The notes below the pieces were generated by a model that was not told where the DNA came from, ran no database searches, and saw only the letters and a list, made by a program, of their open reading frames with translations. This document shows, piece after piece, positions 60,659-64,000 of a DNA stretch of 64,000 bases; the stretch's first letter is position 1; each line of letters starts with the position of its first letter. Position numbers and translations under genes: made by a program. The DNA is from Candidatus Methanomethylicia archaeon (GTDB lineage Archaea > Thermoproteota > Methanomethylicia > Culexarchaeales > Culexarchaeaceae), in contig JAVYVS010000001.1 of the NCBI GenBank assembly GCA_038727515.1, forward strand, positions 448,001 through 512,000. Direction: 5' to 3'.

Positions 60659-61816
60659 TTGAATGAGAATATAGTTAGTGAAAAAGATGTTGAAGAGATC
60701 TTAAGTGAAATAAAGGAGTTTATAAAAACCAGTAGCATTGTGGGCAGTGAACTTGAAGGTTCAAAATTCATATATGATTTAATGATTAAATGGGGTTTTA
60801 AACCAGAAATCCAGTTTGTTGAGAAAGATAGATTTAACGTTATATGTAAAGTTGGTAATGGGAATGGTAATAAGTTATTATTGAATGGACATATAGATAC
60901 GGTTCCACCAGCTGCCAATTGGAGTAGAAATCCATTTCAACCTGTTATTGAAAATGGAAAGCTGTATGGTTTAGGGGCAATAGACATGAAATCTGGATTA
61001 ATAACATTATTGTATAGTTTGAGGAGGTTTCTAGAATTATATGAAGACGAATTTAACGGTGAAATAATATATTCAGCAGTTATTGATGAAGAAGGACATT
61101 CCAAGGGTGCTAAAAACCTAATTTCATATGTAGTGTATGATTCAGCAATAATAGGAGAACCATATGATGGAATTGAAAATGAAGTAGTTATTGGTGAAAC
61201 TGGAAAGATATTGTTGGAGTTGGAATGCATAGGTAAAGCTGCTCACGCCTTTAGACCCTGGAAAGGAATAAATGCAATAGAAGAAGCAGCAAAATTAATA
61301 CTTGAAATTGTTAAAGAAGGAGCTATTGAAGATGAAAGGTTTGGTAGACTGCAACCTACAGTATTGAAAATTGAGGGGGGATATAAGGTATATAATGTTA
61401 CAGTTCCAGAGAAATGCGTAGTTGAAATCAATTTTCTAACAAAACCAGAACAAACAGATGAATACTTCATGAATTGGATTAAGGAAATTGCAAAGAAAAT
61501 TTATTTAAAGGGAGAGGTAAATGTGAAGGTTAAAGAGCCTAGATATTATGGTTATATTACGAGTGAAGATAGTGATATAGTTTTAGCTTTTAAAAAAGCT
61601 TTTGAAGAAGAATATGGGTTTAAGCCTAAAATTGGTTTTAAAGCAACAATAACTGATGGAAATATAATAGCTATGAGTGGAAGAAAACCATTAATAGTTT
61701 ATGGTTTGAAGGGAGGAAATGCTCATATGGCAAATGAATACTTAGAAATAAGCTCTATAAGTAAAACATGCAACATATATGTTAAGACTATGAAAAATTA
61801 TTTCAACATAAATTAA
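60659..61816 (+). CDS. M20 family metallopeptidase/deacylase (ArgE/DapE-like)
   Basis: NGHIDTVP, GLGAIDMKSG, DEE, GEP, TDG and AHMANE motifs. Confidence 0.92.
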   Translation: MNENIVSEKDVEEILSEIKEFIKTSSIVGSELEGSKFIYDLMIKWGFKPEIQFVEKDRFNVICKVGNGNGNKLLLNGHIDTVPPAANWSRNPFQPVIENGKLYGLGAIDMKSGLITLLYSLRRFLELYEDEFNGEIIYSAVIDEEGHSKGAKNLISYVVYDSAIIGEPYDGIENEVVIGETGKILLELECIGKAAHAFRPWKGINAIEEAAKLILEIVKEGAIEDERFGRLQPTVLKIEGGYKVYNVTVPEKCVVEINFLTKPEQTDEYFMNWIKEIAKKIYLKGEVNVKVKEPRYYGYITSEDSDIVLAFKKAFEEEYGFKPKIGFKATITDGNIIAMSGRKPLIVYGLKGGNAHMANEYLEISSISKTCNIYVKTMKNYFNIN

Positions 61817-61842
61817 TATCGGATACTTGGATGGTGTATTCA

Positions 61843-62142
61843 ATGGTAATAGTGGAATTTAGCATAATACCAATAGGAGTAGGAACAAGTATAAGTGAAC
61901 ATATAAGTAAAGCAATAAAGGTTTTAGAAGCAAGAAAGGTTAAATATCAACTAACTGCTATGGGAACAATATTTGAAGTTGAAAGTTTAAGTGAAGCATT
62001 AGAGATAATATTAGAAGCACATGAAGCAGTTATAAAAGCTGGAGCTTTAAGAGTTATAACTAACATAAAGATTGATGATAGGAGAGATAAAAAGACTTCA
62101 ATGGAAGATAAAGTTAAGTCAGTAATGGAAAAACTAAGGTGA
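61843..62142 (+). CDS. MTH1187/YkoF family thiamine-binding protein
   Basis: SIIPIG, LTAMGT and RVITNIKIDDRRDK motifs. Confidence 0.92.
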   Translation: MVIVEFSIIPIGVGTSISEHISKAIKVLEARKVKYQLTAMGTIFEVESLSEALEIILEAHEAVIKAGALRVITNIKIDDRRDKKTSMEDKVKSVMEKLR

Positions 62143-62762
62143 ATTATTTGAAAATAAAAGTAGATTTACATATACATTCAAATAATTCCCCAGATAGTAG
62201 ATTAAGCATTGAAGAAATTTTGGATTACTATTACAGAAATGGTTTCAAAGCTATAGCAATAACAGATCATGAAACAATGAGTGGAGTTGTAAAAGCAAGA
62301 AATATGTGTATTGAAAAGGGTATGGAAATGCTAATAATACCTGGAGTTGAAGTGGAAACCCCACATGGGGAGATGGTGATGTTATTACCAGTAGAAGTTA
62401 ATGATGTACCACGTGAAATTATGGAATTAATGGATTTCTCTAAGGAAATGGGTGGATTCATTTACGTACCACATCCTTTTGCAAACACTCGAAACAGTTT
62501 AAAGGAGAAAGTATTTGAAATCAAAGAAATAGATGCCATAGAAGTATTAAATGGTAGGATCAGTTGGGAGTGGAATGAAGAAGCATTTAATGCAGCGAGA
62601 ATTTTGGGGAAACCGGGAATAGCAAATAGTGATGCACATAGTAAATTAGACCTTGGAGTGGCATACACCATAATAGATGTAAATGAGATAAGCATAGAGG
62701 GAGTATTTTCAGCCATAAGAAATAATAAAATTATGAAAATAATTGGAAAGAAGGTTTGGTGA
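62139..62762 (+). CDS. PHP domain phosphoesterase
   Basis: DLHIHS, AITDH, PGVEV, PHPF, IEVLNG and NSDAH motifs. Confidence 0.92.
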   Translation: MNYLKIKVDLHIHSNNSPDSRLSIEEILDYYYRNGFKAIAITDHETMSGVVKARNMCIEKGMEMLIIPGVEVETPHGEMVMLLPVEVNDVPREIMELMDFSKEMGGFIYVPHPFANTRNSLKEKVFEIKEIDAIEVLNGRISWEWNEEAFNAARILGKPGIANSDAHSKLDLGVAYTIIDVNEISIEGVFSAIRNNKIMKIIGKKVW

Positions 62763-62763
62763 A

Positions 62764-63384
62764 ATGGGGTTAATTGAATGGGCAATTAATGCATTAAAGA
62801 ATATGGGAGCTTATGGAGTATTTATAGGAGTAGTATTAGAAAATATAGTTACATTAATACCATCAGCATTAGTACCATTAATGGCTGGAGCAACATTAAT
62901 ACCATCAGACTTAAAATATATAGATGCTATAACCACAATACTAGTAAATATAGGATTGGTTGGAGCATTAGCATCAACAATAAGTACAATACCACTATAC
63001 ATTTTAGGTTATATTGGAGGTAAAAATTTCATAAATAAGTATGGAAGGTATATAGGGGTATCATGGAGTGAAATTGAAAAAGCGAAAAATAGAATTGAAG
63101 GTAAAAATGATTTCATAATAGTATTACTAAGAATAATACCAATAATACCAATATCCCCAGTCTCCATAGCCTTAGGAATAATTAGGTATGAAAGAAAGAG
63201 ATTCATAGAAACCACATTTATAGGAACTCTACCAAGATATTTAACCTTAGGATTAATTGGATGGATGATGAAGGAAGCTATATGGACTATTATAAACATA
63301 ATGGAAACTGCAGAAACAATAATAATCATAGCAACACTGATATTAGTATTTGCATATATAGTCTTAAAAGAATACCTCAAATAA
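62764..63384 (+). CDS. DedA/VTT family membrane protein
   Basis: LENIVTLIPS, Y-x-LGY-x-GG and LLRIIP motifs. Confidence 0.9.
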   Translation: MGLIEWAINALKNMGAYGVFIGVVLENIVTLIPSALVPLMAGATLIPSDLKYIDAITTILVNIGLVGALASTISTIPLYILGYIGGKNFINKYGRYIGVSWSEIEKAKNRIEGKNDFIIVLLRIIPIIPISPVSIALGIIRYERKRFIETTFIGTLPRYLTLGLIGWMMKEAIWTIINIMETAETIIIIATLILVFAYIVLKEYLK

Positions 63385-63583
63385 AGAGTTTTGAAGTAAG
63401 AATAGAGTAAAAAAATTCTTAAATTTTAAGTGCCCACTTTACTCTCCTAATAAATCTATTAATACGAGTATATTCCAACATCATATATACAATAATAGTT
63501 TAAACATTGATTTCATAATTTATCATCTTATCAGAACATATTTAAGTAGTATAATGGAGAATAATGGTATTAGGCGATTGCTT

Positions 63584-64000
63584 ATGGTTGAAATTAAGTT
63601 GGAGAATATGAGTTGGATGGAGGTTAAAGAAGCTTTGGAAAATGGTTTTGATACTGTTATAATTCCCATTGGTTCTATAGAGCAGCATGGTCCTCATTTA
63701 CCACTTGGAACTGATACTTTTATTGGTGAAGTATTGGCTGTTAGAATTGCTGAAAAACTTGGAAAAACACTTGTAGCTCCAGCAATAACCCCTGGATGTT
63801 CACAGCATCATATGGGATTCCTTGGAACATTAACATTTAAACCTGAAACTTTAATGCGAATTATAAGGGATATATGTACATGTTTAGCTAAACATGGATT
63901 TAAAAAGATAATACTACTTCCAACCCATGGAGGAAATTTTGCTCCAGTTAAAACAGTTATTATGGAACTCGCATTAGAACTCAAAGATGTAAAGATAATT
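63584..64000 (+). CDS. Creatininase family protein, N-terminal part (runs off the right edge)
   Basis: Manual translation: MVEIKLENMSWMEV...PIGSIEQHGPHLPLGTD...GCSQHHMGF-x-GT...THGGN. Confidence 0.92.
   Translation, partial: MVEIKLENMSWMEVKEALENGFDTVIIPIGSIEQHGPHLPLGTDTFIGEVLAVRIAEKLGKTLVAPAITPGCSQHHMGFLGTLTFKPETLMRIIRDICTCLAKHGFKKIILLPTHGGNFAPVKTVIMELALELKDVKII

Noticed and set aside
661-63380. Numerous 60-160 aa ORFs antisense to or nested within recognised genes (e.g. 1226-1564, 16714-17181, 20316-20807, 27122-27517, 63009-63380)
   Set aside because: They lie entirely within well-supported CDS, have Ser/Ile/Phe-rich shadow composition and show no motifs.
63385-63583. Short minus-strand ORF MMLEYTRINRFIRRVKWALKI in the dedA-creatininase gap
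   Set aside because: No RBS or motif; a length of 21 codons is expected by chance.
1-64000. tRNA, rRNA, CRISPR arrays, transposases, selenocysteine/pyrrolysine read-through
   Set aside because: No GC-rich structured segments, periodic repeats, transposase motifs or interrupted conserved genes were seen by eye. A covariance-model scan would be needed to exclude small RNAs.

Overview
A gene-dense, AT-rich (roughly 30% GC by eye) chromosomal window from an archaeon. The evidence is a Sulfolobus-type geranylgeranyl reductase, AOR, IorAB, NreA with a PIP box, a RaSEA-type radical SAM enzyme, TATA-box promoters and GGTG/GGAGG ribosome-binding sites. A thermophilic TACK/Thermoproteota lineage is likely, but that is inference. 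About 60 CDS are present. I found no rRNA, tRNA, CRISPR array or transposase. The main themes are peptide and amino-acid scavenging and fermentation (TldD/E, Lon-like protease, M20/M29/M81 peptidases, D-aminoacylase, OPT/APC transporters, IorAB, AOR, SucCD), metal homeostasis (ZIP, P1B-ATPase, NikR, GDT1), vitamin salvage (two ECF S components, YjbQ, MTH1187, AIRS-like) and DNA repair and nucleotide pools (NreA, SplB-like radical SAM, Tmk, HD dNTPase). The most notable observations are: (1) a single-chain fusion of a RaSEA-type radical SAM domain with an ArcS/DUF5591-type domain, a candidate one-protein archaeosine synthase; (2) a PfkB kinase ending in a perfect PCNA-interacting motif; (3) a CitG plus Pol-beta nucleotidyltransferase pair resembling CitG/CitX chemistry without a citrate lyase nearby; (4) a divergent metallophosphoesterase / APC permease / nucleotidyltransferase module with a 15-bp palindrome; (5) a membrane-anchored DUF3883 nuclease chimera; (6) a convergent pair of secreted proteins that could be an effector and its partner; and (7) small ORFs missed by the ORF track. 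All family assignments come from motif recognition by eye; no database search was run.
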